64,000 nt of DNA from Escherichia coli (GCF_051903065.1 NZ_CP178438.1), one strand, 5' to 3'; counted from the stretch's first letter, positions 36,790 to 49,828 are shown. Numbers and translations are program-made. Notes: a model not told the origin generated them from the letters alone.

Positions 36790-39249
36790 TTAATGACAGG
36801 GTAAAATCAGGCGCTTAGTCACATCTTCCAGATGTTCCGGCAGATGAATGGCACACGTTTTCTGGTCGCCCCAGTGCACGGTAAATTGTTGATTTTCATC
36901 GACCCCACTCAGCCATGCGTGACCGTTTTCGCCAACCATCCCGACGCTGACACCGCCTTCAGCCTGGCGAACATCGGCACCGAGCGGCGGGAAATGCCCG
37001 TTAGCATCGCTGATAATGACGTTGAGATCTTTCCCGGCGCGGGACGCCAGCGATTTAAAGCCGATGGCGCCTTCGGTCCAGGTTTCTTTCACCACGTTTT
37101 CGGAAACGGTAACGCCGTCAGGCAAGTCGTTCATATTGACCGCCACCGTCGTAGGCTGGTAGCTGGAAACAAACGGTACCACGGCAATACCAAAGCGGTT
37201 GGTGTAGTCAATATTGCCCTGAATCGGAATATCGCCCACGCCGTCGGTGCTGACCATCAGGCGTGGTTCATTGGTGGAACTGCGGCGATGGAATGCCGCG
37301 CCATGTTGAGTCGCGGTAAACGAGCCGCTCCAACTGGCACTGGCGGAAGTGTAATCATTGGCGGCATAGGTTCCGGTCAGATCCCATTCCCCCGCCGAAC
37401 TGAGGTGTTGGTAATTGCCGCTGACCTGCGCACCGTTATCCGGGCGATCGGATTGTATTCCAGCCGACATTCCCCAACTGTTTCGTTCATCCAGGGTATC
37501 GTTCCACGACATGCGGTGGGTGGTAGTATTACTGTTGTTCTGCATGTCATAACCCAGTCGACCACTTTCCCCAATCGGTAAGGAGATCGAAAAGTAAATC
37601 TGGTTGTCGCGATCTTTATCTTCATAATGGGTGGTGTTGAACGAGGTCGAGACAGAAATATCTTTCCAGTCGCCAATGTCGACGTTAAAACCGGCGGTAA
37701 TGTTGGCCGTGGTGGAGGTATCCGCATTCCACCAGCTCTGATGCAGGATGTTGGCGTAGAGATTAAGATTCAGCGGAGTAATAGGCTGACCGAAGGAGAG
37801 GCTGATGGTTTGCTTTTCATCCTGCGCGTCGGCGTCATTGTATTTGTGATCAATGTAGTTAGCGTAGCTGTGAAAATGGCGATCGGAGAAGCGATAGGCT
37901 GCCAATGAGATGGTGCTGTTGGTCGCATCAACCTGTTTGCTGTAGTTAAAGCGGTAGCTGTAACCCTGCTCATCCTGTTGAGTATCAAAATGGCTGTCGG
38001 CCCAGGTCACGTCAAACGACAGCGCCCCCAGCCAGAGCATATTTTGCCCAATACCCAGCGCGCCGGAACGATAGTCATCGCCTGCGAGAAGCATGCCGCC
38101 ATATAGTGAAGTGTTGGAGAGCATTCCCCAGGAGACTTCATGGCTAATGAAGGTTTCATCCTCGGTGTGGTGCGACATAGAGGAACGCGGGCGACCGGCA
38201 GTCAGTTTATAGCGCACCTGGCCCTGACGCGTCAGGAACGGGGTAGAGGCCGCTGAAACCTGGAAGTTATTCACCCGTCCATCTTCTTCGCTCACTTTGA
38301 CATCCAGTGTACCTTGCACTGACTGATTCAGGTCATCAATAATAAATGGGCCTGGCGGAACTTTTTTCTGGTAAATCACGCGACCAGAATGGCTTATCGT
38401 GACCGTGGCGTTAGTCTGTGCGATGCCGCTGATTTGCGGCGCGTAGCCGCGTAACTCCCAGGGGAGCATTCGATCGTCGCTGGCTAACGCCGCACCGGTA
38501 TAGGAGAAACCATCAAAAATGTTAGAGCTAAAATCGGTTTCGCCCAGGGTTAATCGGGAACCTATTTGCGCTAACGGGCGGAACAGGTAGGTCCGTGAAA
38601 TCGCCCCAGATTGTTCACGGTTGTCGCCGCTATCGGACTGGCTAAGCTGATAATCGCTGCGCAGACGCCATGCCCCGGCGTTGAGGCCCGTGGTGCCATA
38701 GGCGTTCAGGTTGTTGCTGCTGCTGCCGCTTTGTGGGCGATAAGTGCTGGCAAACAGGTTGTAATCCATCAGGAAGCCAGGAATACCGTTATTCCACGTT
38801 GAGGGTGGCGTCCAGTTTTCTGAATGCCACGCCAGCCATGCCTGCGGGATTGTAATATTGAGCTGTTGATTTGCCTGATCGAAAGTAAAGATGATTTCAG
38901 GGAAGACACTAAAATCGACACATTCTTTTATTGCAGGTAATTTTTTACGAAAGTCAGATTTAAGTCCGAAGAGTTCGATCAGCGATTCATTGATACAAGG
39001 AATAATTTTATCGCCAGATTTTTGCCAGCGAATTTGTTGCCCATTACTGATTTTATTATTATTAACCGTAACACTAACAAAGTAATCGCCGGGAGCTACG
39101 ACGCCTTTTTGATTGAGCAACGAAATATCAACGCTATCCCGAATCGACTTATCGAGAACGTTAAGGTTAAATTCAGCTGTCAGCGCAGGAGGGGTTACCA
39201 TTGCCAGACAGGAAAGAACAGAGAGTCGATAAATATTCACGGCATCCAT
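36790..39249 (-). CDS. ybgQ: outer-membrane fimbrial usher
   Basis: 819-aa ORF with signal peptide, large beta-barrel usher-sized; between the chaperone and the major subunit. Confidence 0.85.
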   Translation of the reverse strand: MDAVNIYRLSVLSCLAMVTPPALTAEFNLNVLDKSIRDSVDISLLNQKGVVAPGDYFVSVTVNNNKISNGQQIRWQKSGDKIIPCINESLIELFGLKSDFRKKLPAIKECVDFSVFPEIIFTFDQANQQLNITIPQAWLAWHSENWTPPSTWNNGIPGFLMDYNLFASTYRPQSGSSSNNLNAYGTTGLNAGAWRLRSDYQLSQSDSGDNREQSGAISRTYLFRPLAQIGSRLTLGETDFSSNIFDGFSYTGAALASDDRMLPWELRGYAPQISGIAQTNATVTISHSGRVIYQKKVPPGPFIIDDLNQSVQGTLDVKVSEEDGRVNNFQVSAASTPFLTRQGQVRYKLTAGRPRSSMSHHTEDETFISHEVSWGMLSNTSLYGGMLLAGDDYRSGALGIGQNMLWLGALSFDVTWADSHFDTQQDEQGYSYRFNYSKQVDATNSTISLAAYRFSDRHFHSYANYIDHKYNDADAQDEKQTISLSFGQPITPLNLNLYANILHQSWWNADTSTTANITAGFNVDIGDWKDISVSTSFNTTHYEDKDRDNQIYFSISLPIGESGRLGYDMQNNSNTTTHRMSWNDTLDERNSWGMSAGIQSDRPDNGAQVSGNYQHLSSAGEWDLTGTYAANDYTSASASWSGSFTATQHGAAFHRRSSTNEPRLMVSTDGVGDIPIQGNIDYTNRFGIAVVPFVSSYQPTTVAVNMNDLPDGVTVSENVVKETWTEGAIGFKSLASRAGKDLNVIISDANGHFPPLGADVRQAEGGVSVGMVGENGHAWLSGVDENQQFTVHWGDQKTCAIHLPEHLEDVTKRLILPCH

Positions 39250-39298
39250 ACCTGAACAATATTCGCAAAAGGCGGCTAATCAGCCGCCTTAAAAAGGA

Positions 39299-39865
39299 TT
39301 ATTGGTAATCCAGAACGTAAGTTGCGTTAGCAGTAACGGCCCCCGCGGTAACCGAAACTGCGTTATCCATCTGTTCCATCCAGGCAAAGAAGTTTAACGT
39401 TTGTTCTGTTGAACTTGCCAATAAGTCAATTGTTGGCGCTTCTGTTCCCAATACAACAAATGATTCATCTTTGTTCATGAGACGTACGCCAACGCCGGTA
39501 GCCTCGCCAGCACTGATGTTACTAAGGAGCGGCGTTGCACCTGTCGTTTTAGCTGTGCTGTCGAAGGTCACGCCTACCTTTGAGACCACGCCACCGTTGC
39601 CATCATCCCAGCCTGCAATATCACAGTTGATTAAGCGAATATTGACAGGTTTTTTCTCGCTATGATGTTCTCGATTTATGTGGGATGTGGTTACTTCACC
39701 CAGGTCAATGTTCATATCAAGGTCATCAGGGTGAATTTCACAAGGTGCTTCAATAACTTCACCTTTAAAGTGGATTTCACCAGATCCTTCATCTGCAGCA
39801 AAAACAGGTGAAGCGAATAGTAGAGATATGGCCAGGGCGGCCAGTGTTTTTTGTCCTTTAAACAT
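39299..39865 (-). CDS. ybgD: fimbrial major subunit-like protein
   Basis: About 188-aa product with signal peptide (…LAALAISLLFASPVFA) and C-terminal …YVLDYQ donor-strand-type ending. Confidence 0.8.
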   Translation of the reverse strand: MFKGQKTLAALAISLLFASPVFAADEGSGEIHFKGEVIEAPCEIHPDDLDMNIDLGEVTTSHINREHHSEKKPVNIRLINCDIAGWDDGNGGVVSKVGVTFDSTAKTTGATPLLSNISAGEATGVGVRLMNKDESFVVLGTEAPTIDLLASSTEQTLNFFAWMEQMDNAVSVTAGAVTANATYVLDYQ

Positions 39866-40192
39866 ACATGAATCCTTCATGGGCTATGATAAAGTATACT
39901 AATTATTCCGACAGAATAGTGGTTTTTTGCTCATGTAATAATATTAATGTTGCTACATTATGTTTGAGAGTTTCTCAAAGCTCTCGAATCATAAATAAAG
40001 TGAATTAATCCTATTACGAGTTTATTTAATTGTGGGTGCTACCCAATGTATTCTACATCGATTGGCGGGATAACGGTGGTGGTGAATGAAAAATTAGGAT
40101 TTTATTTAGTTATCGGATATGTATTCTTGTAACGTGTAATTATGTATTTGTGTCCGATTACGTTTTTTTGTCGATAGACATAACTAACGAAC

Positions 40193-40223
40193 AAAAAAAA
40201 GCCCGCCAGATATTCAGGCGGGC
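40193..40223 (-). terminator. gltA rho-independent terminator
   Basis: On the minus strand: gcccgcc-tgaatatct-ggcgggc followed by TTTTTTTT. Confidence 0.7.
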
Positions 40224-40251
40224 TAAACGATATATGGTTCAAATCAGATAA

Positions 40252-41535
40252 TTAATGTTTAACATCTGATTTAAAGTCTCGTTTTTCATAGCCGGTGTAC
40301 AACTGGCGCGGACGGGCGATCTTCATGCCGTCACTGTGCATTTCGCTCCAGTGAGCGATCCAGCCAACGGTACGGGCCATAGCGAAGATGACGGTGAACA
40401 TGGAAGACGGAATACCCATCGCTTTCAGGATGATACCAGAGTAGAAATCGACGTTCGGGTACAGTTTCTTCTCGATAAAGTACGGGTCGTTCAGCGCGAT
40501 GTTTTCCAGCTCCATAGCCACTTCCAGCAGGTCATCTTTGGTGCCCAGCTCTTTCAGAACTTCATGGCAGGTTTCACGCATTACGGTGGCGCGCGGGTCG
40601 TAATTTTTGTACACGCGGTGACCGAAGCCCATCAGGCGGAAAGAATCATTTTTATCTTTCGCACGACGAACAAATTCCGGAATGTGTTTAACGGAGCTAA
40701 TTTCTTCCAGCATTTTCAGCGCCGCTTCGTTAGCACCACCGTGCGCAGGTCCCCACAGTGAAGCAATACCTGCTGCGATACAGGCAAACGGGTTCGCACC
40801 CGAAGAGCCAGCGGTACGCACGGTGGAGGTAGAGGCGTTCTGTTCATGGTCAGCGTGCAGGATCAGAATACGGTCCATAGCACGTTCCAGAATCGGATTA
40901 ACTTCATACGGCTCGCACGGCGTGGAGAACATCATATTCAGGAAGTTACCGGCATAGGAGAGATCGTTGCGCGGATAAACAAATGGCTGACCAATGGAAT
41001 ACTTGTAACACATCGCTGCCATGGTCGGCATTTTCGACAGCAGGCGGAACGCGGCAATTTCACGATGACGAGGATTGTTAACATCCAGCGAGTCGTGATA
41101 GAACGCCGCCAGCGCGCCGGTAATACCACACATGACTGCCATTGGATGTGAGTCGCGACGGAAAGCGTGGAACAGACGGGTAATCTGCTCGTGGATCATG
41201 GTATGACGGGTCACCGTAGTTTTAAATTCGTCATACTGTTCCTGAGTCGGTTTTTCACCATTCAGCAGGATGTAACAAACTTCCAGGTAGTTAGAATCGG
41301 TCGCCAGCTGATCGATCGGGAAACCGCGGTGCAGCAAAATACCTTCATCACCATCAATAAAAGTAATTTTAGATTCGCAGGATGCGGTTGAAGTGAAGCC
41401 AGGGTCAAAGGTGAACACACCTTTTGAACCGAGAGTACGGATATCAATAACATCTTGACCCAGCGTGCCTTTCAGCACATCCAGTTCAACAGCTGTGTCC
41501 CCGTTGAGGGTGAGTTTTGCTTTTGTATCAGCCAT
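40252..41535 (-). CDS. gltA: citrate synthase
   Basis: 427-aa [38 protein letters not shown]… with catalytic His/Asp regions; divergent from sdhC. Confidence 0.95.
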   Translation of the reverse strand: MADTKAKLTLNGDTAVELDVLKGTLGQDVIDIRTLGSKGVFTFDPGFTSTASCESKITFIDGDEGILLHRGFPIDQLATDSNYLEVCYILLNGEKPTQEQYDEFKTTVTRHTMIHEQITRLFHAFRRDSHPMAVMCGITGALAAFYHDSLDVNNPRHREIAAFRLLSKMPTMAAMCYKYSIGQPFVYPRNDLSYAGNFLNMMFSTPCEPYEVNPILERAMDRILILHADHEQNASTSTVRTAGSSGANPFACIAAGIASLWGPAHGGANEAALKMLEEISSVKHIPEFVRRAKDKNDSFRLMGFGHRVYKNYDPRATVMRETCHEVLKELGTKDDLLEVAMELENIALNDPYFIEKKLYPNVDFYSGIILKAMGIPSSMFTVIFAMARTVGWIAHWSEMHSDGMKIARPRQLYTGYEKRDFKSDVKH

Positions 41536-42243
41536 TTAAGGTCTCCTTAGCGCCTTATTGCGTAAGACTGCCGGAACTTAAATTTGCCTTCGCACATCAA
41601 CCTGGCTTTACCCGTTTGTTATTTGGCTCGCCGCTCTGTGAAAGAGGGGAAAACCTGGGTACAGAGCTCTGGGCGCTTGCAGGTAAAGGATCCATTGATG
41701 ACGAATAAATGGCGAATCAAGTACTTAGCAATCCGAATTATTAAACTTGTCTACCACTAATAACTGTCCCGAATGAATTGGTCAATACTTCCACACTGTT
41801 ACATAAGTTAATCTTAGGTGAAATACCGACTTCATAACTTTTACGCATTATATGCTTTTCCTGGTAATGTTTGTAACAACTTTGTTGAATGATTGTCAAA
41901 TTAGATGATTAAAAATTAAATAAATGTTGTTATCGTGACCTGGATCACTGTTCAGGATAAAACCCGACAAACTATATGTAGGTTAATTGTAATGATTTTG
42001 TGAACGGCCTATACTGCCGCCAGGTCTCCGGAACACCCTGCAATCCCGAGCCACCCAGCGTTGTAACGTGTCGTTTTCGCATCTGGAAGCAGTGTTTTGC
42101 ATGACGCGCAGTTATAGAAAGGACGCTGTCTGACCCGCAAGCAGACCGGAGGAAGGAAATCCCGACGTCTCCAGGTAACAGAAAGTTAACCTCTGTGCCC
42201 GTAGTCCCCAGGGAATAATAAGAACAGCATGTGGGCGTTATTC
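41536..42243. promoter_or_regulatory. gltA-sdhC divergent intergenic control region
   Basis: About 700 bp of AT-rich non-coding DNA between divergent gltA and sdhC; this region is known to carry ArcA/CRP/Fnr-regulated promoters in E. coli. Individual sites not mapped here. Confidence 0.5.
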
Positions 42244-42633
42244 ATGATAAGAAATGTGAAAAAACAAAGACCTGTTAATCTGGACCTACAGACCATCCGG
42301 TTCCCCATCACGGCGATAGCGTCCATTCTCCATCGCGTTTCCGGTGTGATCACCTTTGTTGCAGTGGGTATCCTGCTGTGGCTTCTGGGTACCAGCCTCT
42401 CTTCCCCTGAAGGTTTCGAGCAAGCTTCCGCGATTATGGGCAGCTTCTTCGTCAAATTTATCATGTGGGGCATCCTTACCGCTCTGGCGTATCACGTCGT
42501 CGTAGGTATTCGCCACATGATGATGGATTTTGGCTATCTGGAAGAAACATTCGAAGCGGGTAAACGCTCCGCCAAAATCTCCTTTGTTATTACTGTCGTG
42601 CTTTCACTTCTCGCAGGAGTCCTCGTATGGTAA
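42244..42633 (+). CDS. sdhC: succinate dehydrogenase cytochrome b556 subunit
   Basis: 129-aa product from [34 protein letters not shown]…; the track ORF begins 5 codons upstream. Confidence 0.9.
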
Positions 42634-42974
42634 GCAACGCCTCCGCATTAGGACGCAATGGCGTACATGATTTCATCCTCGTTCGCGCTACCGCTATCGT
42701 CCTGACGCTCTACATCATTTATATGGTCGGTTTTTTCGCCACCAGTGGCGAGCTGACATATGAAGTCTGGATCGGTTTCTTCGCCTCTGCGTTCACCAAA
42801 GTGTTCACCCTGCTGGCGCTGTTTTCTATCTTGATCCATGCCTGGATCGGCATGTGGCAGGTGTTGACCGACTACGTTAAACCGCTGGCTTTGCGCCTGA
42901 TGCTGCAACTGGTGATTGTCGTTGCACTGGTGGTTTACGTGATTTATGGATTCGTTGTGGTGTGGGGTGTGTGA
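42627..42974 (+). CDS. sdhD: succinate dehydrogenase hydrophobic membrane anchor subunit
   Basis: 115-aa membrane ORF overlapping sdhC and sdhA. Confidence 0.9.
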
Positions 42975-44740
42975 TGAAATTGCCAGTCAGAGAATTTGAT
43001 GCAGTTGTGATTGGTGCCGGCGGCGCAGGTATGCGCGCGGCGCTGCAAATTTCCCAGAGCGGCCAGACCTGTGCGCTGCTCTCTAAAGTCTTCCCGACCC
43101 GTTCCCATACCGTTTCTGCGCAAGGCGGCATTACCGTTGCGCTGGGTAATACCCATGAAGATAACTGGGAATGGCATATGTACGACACCGTGAAAGGGTC
43201 GGACTATATCGGTGACCAGGACGCGATTGAATATATGTGTAAAACCGGGCCGGAAGCGATTCTGGAACTCGAACACATGGGCCTGCCGTTCTCGCGTCTC
43301 GATGATGGTCGTATCTATCAACGTCCGTTTGGCGGTCAGTCGAAAAACTTCGGCGGCGAGCAGGCGGCACGCACTGCGGCAGCGGCTGACCGTACCGGTC
43401 ACGCACTGTTGCACACGCTTTATCAGCAGAACCTGAAAAACCACACCACCATTTTCTCCGAGTGGTATGCGCTGGATCTGGTGAAAAACCAGGATGGCGC
43501 GGTGGTGGGTTGTACCGCACTGTGCATCGAAACCGGTGAAGTGGTTTATTTCAAAGCCCGCGCTACCGTGCTGGCGACTGGCGGGGCAGGGCGTATTTAT
43601 CAGTCCACCACTAACGCCCACATTAACACTGGCGACGGTGTCGGCATGGCTATCCGCGCAGGCGTACCGGTGCAGGATATGGAAATGTGGCAATTCCACC
43701 CGACCGGCATTGCCGGTGCGGGCGTACTGGTCACCGAAGGTTGCCGTGGTGAAGGCGGTTATCTGCTGAACAAACATGGCGAACGCTTTATGGAGCGTTA
43801 TGCGCCGAACGCCAAAGACCTGGCGGGCCGTGATGTGGTGGCGCGTTCCATCATGATCGAAATCCGTGAAGGTCGCGGCTGTGATGGTCCGTGGGGGCCA
43901 CACGCGAAACTGAAACTCGATCACCTGGGTAAAGAAGTTCTCGAATCCCGTCTGCCGGGTATCCTGGAGCTTTCCCGTACCTTCGCTCACGTTGATCCGG
44001 TGAAAGAGCCGATTCCGGTTATCCCAACCTGTCACTACATGATGGGCGGTATTCCGACCAAAGTTACCGGTCAGGCGCTGACTGTGAATGAGAAAGGCGA
44101 AGATGTGGTTGTTCCGGGGCTGTTCGCGGTGGGTGAAATTGCCTGTGTATCGGTACACGGCGCTAACCGTCTTGGCGGTAACTCGCTGCTGGACCTGGTG
44201 GTCTTTGGTCGCGCTGCTGGCCTGCATCTGCAAGAGTCTATCGCCGAGCAGGGCGCACTGCGCGATGCTAGCGAGTCTGATGTAGAAGCGTCTCTGGATC
44301 GCCTGAACCGCTGGAACAACAACCGTAACGGTGAAGATCCGGTGGCGATCCGTAAAGCGCTGCAAGAATGTATGCAGCATAACTTCTCGGTCTTCCGTGA
44401 AGGTGATGCGATGGCGAAAGGGCTTGAGCAGTTGAAAGTTATCCGCGAGCGTCTGAAAAATGCCCGTCTGGATGACACTTCCAGCGAGTTCAATACCCAG
44501 CGCGTTGAGTGTCTGGAACTGGATAACCTGATGGAAACGGCGTATGCAACGGCTGTTTCTGCCAACTTCCGTACCGAAAGCCGTGGCGCGCATAGCCGCT
44601 TCGACTTCCCGGATCGTGATGATGAAAACTGGCTGTGCCACTCCCTGTATCTGCCAGAGTCGGAATCCATGACGCGCCGAAGCGTCAACATGGAACCGAA
44701 ACTGCGCCCGGCATTCCCGCCGAAGATTCGTACTTACTAA
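42974..44740 (+). CDS. sdhA: succinate dehydrogenase flavoprotein subunit
   Basis: 588-aa product [24 protein letters not shown]… (FAD-binding GxGxxG) with covalent-FAD His region (…SHTVSAQGG…). Confidence 0.95.
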   Translation: MKLPVREFDAVVIGAGGAGMRAALQISQSGQTCALLSKVFPTRSHTVSAQGGITVALGNTHEDNWEWHMYDTVKGSDYIGDQDAIEYMCKTGPEAILELEHMGLPFSRLDDGRIYQRPFGGQSKNFGGEQAARTAAAADRTGHALLHTLYQQNLKNHTTIFSEWYALDLVKNQDGAVVGCTALCIETGEVVYFKARATVLATGGAGRIYQSTTNAHINTGDGVGMAIRAGVPVQDMEMWQFHPTGIAGAGVLVTEGCRGEGGYLLNKHGERFMERYAPNAKDLAGRDVVARSIMIEIREGRGCDGPWGPHAKLKLDHLGKEVLESRLPGILELSRTFAHVDPVKEPIPVIPTCHYMMGGIPTKVTGQALTVNEKGEDVVVPGLFAVGEIACVSVHGANRLGGNSLLDLVVFGRAAGLHLQESIAEQGALRDASESDVEASLDRLNRWNNNRNGEDPVAIRKALQECMQHNFSVFREGDAMAKGLEQLKVIRERLKNARLDDTSSEFNTQRVECLELDNLMETAYATAVSANFRTESRGAHSRFDFPDRDDENWLCHSLYLPESESMTRRSVNMEPKLRPAFPPKIRTY

Positions 44741-44755
44741 TGCGGAGACAGGAAA

Positions 44756-45472
44756 ATGAGACTTGAGTTTTCAATTTATCGCTATAACCCGGATGTTGAT
44801 GATGCTCCGCGTATGCAGGATTACACCCTGGAAGCGGATGAAGGTCGCGACATGATGCTGCTGGATGCGCTTATCCAGCTGAAAGAGAAAGATCCCAGCC
44901 TGTCGTTCCGTCGCTCCTGTCGTGAAGGTGTGTGCGGTTCCGACGGTCTGAACATGAACGGCAAGAATGGTCTGGCCTGTATTACCCCGATTTCGGCACT
45001 CAACCAGCCGGGCAAGAAGATTGTGATTCGCCCTCTGCCAGGTTTACCGGTGATCCGCGATTTGGTGGTAGACATGGGACAATTCTATGCGCAATATGAG
45101 AAAATTAAGCCTTACCTGTTGAATAATGAACAAAATCCGCCAGCTCGCGAGCATTTACAGATGCCAGAGCAGCGCGAAAAACTCGACGGGTTGTATGAAT
45201 GTATTCTCTGCGCATGTTGTTCAACCTCTTGTCCGTCTTTCTGGTGGAATCCCGATAAGTTTATCGGCCCGGCAGGCTTGTTAGCGGCATATCGTTTCCT
45301 GATCGATAGCCGTGATACCGAGACTGACAGCCGCCTCGACGGTTTGAGCGATGCATTCAGTGTATTCCGCTGTCACAGCATCATGAACTGCGTCAGTGTA
45401 TGTCCGAAGGGGCTGAACCCGACGCGCGCCATCGGTCATATCAAGTCGATGTTGTTGCAACGTAATGCGTAA
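44756..45472 (+). CDS. sdhB: succinate dehydrogenase iron-sulfur subunit
   Basis: 238-aa ORF with 2Fe-2S and 4Fe-4S cysteine clusters (CREGVCGSDG…, CILCACCSTSCP…, CHSIMNCVSVCPKG). Confidence 0.95.
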   Translation: MRLEFSIYRYNPDVDDAPRMQDYTLEADEGRDMMLLDALIQLKEKDPSLSFRRSCREGVCGSDGLNMNGKNGLACITPISALNQPGKKIVIRPLPGLPVIRDLVVDMGQFYAQYEKIKPYLLNNEQNPPAREHLQMPEQREKLDGLYECILCACCSTSCPSFWWNPDKFIGPAGLLAAYRFLIDSRDTETDSRLDGLSDAFSVFRCHSIMNCVSVCPKGLNPTRAIGHIKSMLLQRNA

Positions 45473-45476
45473 ACCG

Positions 45477-45594
45477 TAGGCCTGATAAGACGCGCAAGCG
45501 TCGCATCAGGCAACCAGTGCCGGATGCGGCGTGAACGCCTTATCCGGCCTACAAGTCATTACCCGTAGGCCTGATAAGCGCAGCGCATCAGGCG
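45477..45594. repeat. BIME: three REP palindromes between sdhB and sucA
   Basis: gtaggcctgataagacgcgcaagcgtcgcatcaggc / gccggatgcggcgtgaacgccttatccggcctac / gtaggcctgataagcgcagcgcatcaggc. Confidence 0.75.
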
Positions 45595-45772
45595 TAACAA
45601 AGAAATGCAGGAAATCTTTAAAAACTGCCCCTGACACTAAGACAGTTTTTAAAGGTTCCTTCGCGAGCCACTACGTAGACAAGAGCTCGCAAGTGAACCC
45701 CGGCACGCACATCACTGTGCGTGGTAGTATCCACGGCGAAGTAAGCATAAAAAAGATGCTTAAGGGATCACG

Positions 45773-48574
45773 ATGCAGAACAGCGCTTTGAAAGCCTGGT
45801 TGGACTCTTCTTACCTCTCTGGCGCAAACCAGAGCTGGATAGAACAGCTCTATGAAGACTTCTTAACCGATCCTGACTCGGTTGACGCTAACTGGCGTTC
45901 GACGTTCCAGCAGTTACCTGGTACGGGAGTCAAACCGGATCAATTCCACTCTCAAACGCGTGAATATTTCCGCCGCCTGGCGAAAGACGCTTCACGTTAC
46001 TCTTCAACGATCTCCGACCCTGACACCAATGTGAAGCAGGTTAAAGTCCTGCAGCTCATTAACGCATACCGCTTCCGTGGTCACCAGCATGCGAATCTCG
46101 ATCCGCTGGGACTGTGGCAGCAAGATAAAGTGGCCGATCTGGATCCGTCTTTCCACGATCTGACCGAAGCAGACTTCCAGGAGACCTTCAACGTCGGTTC
46201 ATTTGCCAGCGGCAAAGAAACCATGAAACTCGGCGAACTGCTGGAAGCCCTCAAGCAAACCTACTGCGGCCCGATTGGTGCCGAGTATATGCACATTACC
46301 AGCACCGAAGAAAAACGCTGGATCCAACAGCGTATCGAGTCTGGTCGCGCGACTTTCAATAGCGAAGAGAAAAAACGCTTCTTAAGCGAACTGACCGCCG
46401 CTGAAGGCCTTGAACGTTACCTCGGCGCAAAATTCCCTGGCGCAAAACGCTTCTCGCTGGAAGGCGGTGACGCGTTAATCCCGATGCTTAAAGAGATGAT
46501 TCGCCACGCTGGCAACAGCGGCACCCGCGAAGTGGTTCTCGGGATGGCGCACCGTGGTCGTCTGAACGTGCTGGTGAACGTGCTGGGTAAAAAACCGCAA
46601 GACTTGTTCGACGAGTTTGCCGGTAAACATAAAGAACACCTCGGCACGGGTGACGTGAAATACCACATGGGCTTCTCGTCTGACTTCCAGACCGATGGCG
46701 GCCTGGTGCACCTGGCGCTGGCGTTTAACCCGTCTCACCTTGAGATTGTAAGCCCGGTAGTTATCGGTTCTGTTCGTGCCCGTCTGGACAGACTTGATGA
46801 GCCGAGCAGCAACAAAGTGCTGCCAATCACCATCCACGGTGACGCCGCAGTGACCGGGCAGGGCGTGGTTCAGGAAACTCTGAACATGTCGAAAGCGCGT
46901 GGTTATGAAGTTGGCGGTACGGTACGTATCGTTATCAACAACCAGGTTGGCTTCACCACCTCTAACCCGCTGGATGCCCGTTCAACGCCGTACTGTACTG
47001 ATATCGGTAAGATGGTTCAGGCACCGATTTTCCACGTAAACGCGGACGATCCGGAAGCCGTTGCCTTTGTGACCCGTCTGGCGCTCGATTTCCGTAACAC
47101 CTTTAAACGTGATGTCTTCATCGACCTGGTGTGCTACCGCCGTCACGGCCACAACGAAGCCGACGAGCCGAGCGCAACCCAGCCGCTGATGTATCAGAAA
47201 ATCAAAAAACATCCGACGCCGCGCAAAATCTATGCTGACAAGCTGGAGCAGGAAAAAGTGGCGACGCTGGAAGATGCCACCGAGATGGTTAACCTGTACC
47301 GCGATGCGCTGGATGCTGGCGATTGCGTAGTGGCAGAGTGGCGTCCGATGAACATGCACTCTTTCACCTGGTCGCCGTATCTCAACCACGAATGGGACGA
47401 AGAGTACCCGAACAAAGTTGAGATGAAGCGCCTGCAGGAACTGGCTAAACGCATCAGTACGGTGCCGGAAGCGGTTGAAATGCAGTCTCGCGTTGCCAAG
47501 ATTTATGGCGATCGCCAGGCGATGGCTGCCGGTGAGAAACTGTTCGACTGGGGCGGCGCGGAAAACCTCGCTTACGCCACGCTGGTTGACGAAGGCATTC
47601 CGGTTCGCCTGTCGGGTGAAGACTCCGGTCGCGGTACCTTCTTCCACCGCCACGCGGTGATCCACAACCAGTCTAACGGTTCCACTTACACGCCGCTGCA
47701 ACACATCCATAACGGGCAGGGCGCGTTCCGCGTCTGGGACTCCGTACTGTCTGAAGAAGCCGTGCTGGCGTTTGAATACGGTTATGCCACCGCAGAACCA
47801 CGCACTCTGACCATCTGGGAAGCGCAGTTCGGTGACTTCGCCAACGGTGCGCAGGTGGTTATCGACCAGTTCATCTCCTCTGGCGAACAGAAATGGGGCC
47901 GGATGTGTGGTCTGGTGATGTTGCTGCCGCACGGTTACGAAGGGCAGGGGCCGGAGCACTCCTCCGCGCGTCTGGAACGTTATCTGCAACTTTGTGCTGA
48001 GCAAAACATGCAGGTGTGCGTACCGTCTACCCCGGCACAGGTTTACCACATGCTGCGTCGTCAGGCGCTGCGCGGGATGCGTCGTCCGCTGGTCGTGATG
48101 TCGCCGAAATCCCTGCTGCGTCATCCGCTGGCGGTTTCCAGCCTCGAAGAACTGGCGAACGGCACCTTCCTGCCAGCCATCGGTGAAATCGACGAGCTTG
48201 ATCCGAAGGGCGTGAAGCGCGTAGTGATGTGTTCTGGTAAGGTTTATTACGACCTGCTGGAACAGCGTCGTAAGAACAATCAACACGATGTCGCCATAGT
48301 GCGTATCGAGCAACTCTACCCGTTCCCGCATAAAGCGATGCAGGAAGTGTTGCAGCAGTTTGCTCACGTCAAGGATTTTGTCTGGTGCCAGGAAGAGCCG
48401 CTCAACCAGGGCGCATGGTACTGCAGCCAGCATCATTTCCGTGAAGTGATTCCGTTTGGGGCTTCTCTGCGTTATGCAGGCCGCCCGGCCTCCGCCTCTC
48501 CGGCGGTAGGGTATATGTCCGTTCACCAGAAACAGCAACAAGATCTGGTTAATGACGCGCTGAACGTCGAATAA
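45773..48574 (+). CDS. sucA: 2-oxoglutarate dehydrogenase E1 component
   Basis: 933-aa [41 protein letters not shown]…, ThDP-dependent E1. Confidence 0.95.
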   Translation: MQNSALKAWLDSSYLSGANQSWIEQLYEDFLTDPDSVDANWRSTFQQLPGTGVKPDQFHSQTREYFRRLAKDASRYSSTISDPDTNVKQVKVLQLINAYRFRGHQHANLDPLGLWQQDKVADLDPSFHDLTEADFQETFNVGSFASGKETMKLGELLEALKQTYCGPIGAEYMHITSTEEKRWIQQRIESGRATFNSEEKKRFLSELTAAEGLERYLGAKFPGAKRFSLEGGDALIPMLKEMIRHAGNSGTREVVLGMAHRGRLNVLVNVLGKKPQDLFDEFAGKHKEHLGTGDVKYHMGFSSDFQTDGGLVHLALAFNPSHLEIVSPVVIGSVRARLDRLDEPSSNKVLPITIHGDAAVTGQGVVQETLNMSKARGYEVGGTVRIVINNQVGFTTSNPLDARSTPYCTDIGKMVQAPIFHVNADDPEAVAFVTRLALDFRNTFKRDVFIDLVCYRRHGHNEADEPSATQPLMYQKIKKHPTPRKIYADKLEQEKVATLEDATEMVNLYRDALDAGDCVVAEWRPMNMHSFTWSPYLNHEWDEEYPNKVEMKRLQELAKRISTVPEAVEMQSRVAKIYGDRQAMAAGEKLFDWGGAENLAYATLVDEGIPVRLSGEDSGRGTFFHRHAVIHNQSNGSTYTPLQHIHNGQGAFRVWDSVLSEEAVLAFEYGYATAEPRTLTIWEAQFGDFANGAQVVIDQFISSGEQKWGRMCGLVMLLPHGYEGQGPEHSSARLERYLQLCAEQNMQVCVPSTPAQVYHMLRRQALRGMRRPLVVMSPKSLLRHPLAVSSLEELANGTFLPAIGEIDELDPKGVKRVVMCSGKVYYDLLEQRRKNNQHDVAIVRIEQLYPFPHKAMQEVLQQFAHVKDFVWCQEEPLNQGAWYCSQHHFREVIPFGASLRYAGRPASASPAVGYMSVHQKQQQDLVNDALNVE

Positions 48575-48588
48575 ATAAAGGATACACA

Positions 48589-49806
48589 ATGAGTAGCGTA
48601 GATATTCTGGTCCCTGACCTGCCTGAATCCGTAGCCGATGCCACCGTCGCAACCTGGCATAAAAAACCCGGCGACGCAGTCGTACGTGATGAAGTGCTGG
48701 TAGAAATCGAAACTGACAAAGTGGTACTGGAAGTACCGGCATCAGCAGACGGCATTCTGGATGCGGTTCTGGAAGATGAAGGTACAACCGTAACGTCTCG
48801 TCAGATCCTTGGTCGCCTGCGTGAAGGCAACAGCGCCGGTAAAGAAACCAGCGCCAAATCTGAAGAGAAAGCGTCCACTCCGGCGCAACGCCAGCAGGCG
48901 TCTCTGGAAGAACAAAACAACGATGCGTTAAGCCCGGCGATCCGTCGCCTGCTGGCTGAACACAACCTCGACGCCAGCGCCATTAAAGGCACCGGTGTGG
49001 GTGGTCGTCTGACCCGTGAAGATGTGGAAAAACATCTGGCGAAAGCCCCGGCGAAAGAGTCTGCACCGGCAGCGGCTGCTTCGGCAGCGCAACCGGCTCT
49101 GGCTGCACGTAGCGAAAAACGTGTCCCGATGACTCGCCTGCGTAAGCGTGTGGCAGAGCGTCTGCTGGAAGCGAAAAACTCCACCGCCATGCTGACCACG
49201 TTCAACGAAGTCAACATGAAGCCGATTATGGATCTGCGTAAGCAGTACGGTGAAGCGTTTGAAAAACGCCACGGCATCCGTCTGGGCTTTATGTCCTTCT
49301 ACGTGAAAGCGGTGGTTGAAGCCCTGAAACGTTACCCGGAAGTGAATGCTTCTATCGACGGCGATGACGTGGTTTACCACAACTATTTCGACGTCAGCAT
49401 GGCGGTTTCTACGCCGCGCGGCCTGGTGACGCCGGTACTGCGTGATGTCGATACCCTCGGCATGGCAGACATCGAGAAGAAAATCAAAGAGCTGGCAGTT
49501 AAAGGCCGTGACGGCAAGCTGACGGTTGAAGATCTGACCGGTGGTAACTTCACCATCACCAACGGTGGTGTGTTCGGTTCCCTGATGTCTACGCCTATCA
49601 TCAACCCGCCGCAGAGCGCAATTCTGGGTATGCACGCTATCAAAGATCGTCCGATGGCTGTGAATGGTCAGGTTGAGATCCTGCCGATGATGTACCTGGC
49701 GCTGTCCTACGATCACCGTCTGATCGATGGTCGCGAATCCGTGGGCTTCCTGGTAACGATCAAAGAGTTGCTGGAAGATCCGACGCGTCTGCTGCTGGAC
49801 GTGTAG
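48589..49806 (+). CDS. sucB: dihydrolipoyllysine-residue succinyltransferase (E2 of 2-oxoglutarate dehydrogenase)
   Basis: 405-aa ORF with N-terminal lipoyl domain (…[10 protein letters not shown]…), Ala/Pro-rich linker and catalytic domain (…DHRLIDG…). Confidence 0.95.
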   Translation: MSSVDILVPDLPESVADATVATWHKKPGDAVVRDEVLVEIETDKVVLEVPASADGILDAVLEDEGTTVTSRQILGRLREGNSAGKETSAKSEEKASTPAQRQQASLEEQNNDALSPAIRRLLAEHNLDASAIKGTGVGGRLTREDVEKHLAKAPAKESAPAAAASAAQPALAARSEKRVPMTRLRKRVAERLLEAKNSTAMLTTFNEVNMKPIMDLRKQYGEAFEKRHGIRLGFMSFYVKAVVEALKRYPEVNASIDGDDVVYHNYFDVSMAVSTPRGLVTPVLRDVDTLGMADIEKKIKELAVKGRDGKLTVEDLTGGNFTITNGGVFGSLMSTPIINPPQSAILGMHAIKDRPMAVNGQVEILPMMYLALSYDHRLIDGRESVGFLVTIKELLEDPTRLLLDV

Positions 49807-49828
49807 TAGTTTAAGTTTCACCTGCACT

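Noticed and set aside
42944-44641. 565-aa minus-strand ORF antisense to sdhA
   Set aside because: It overlaps the highly conserved sdhA frame; this is a shadow ORF produced by codon bias.
46982-48787. 601-aa minus-strand ORF antisense to sucA
   Set aside because: Same reasoning: sucA on the plus strand is unambiguous, and the antisense frame is an artefact.
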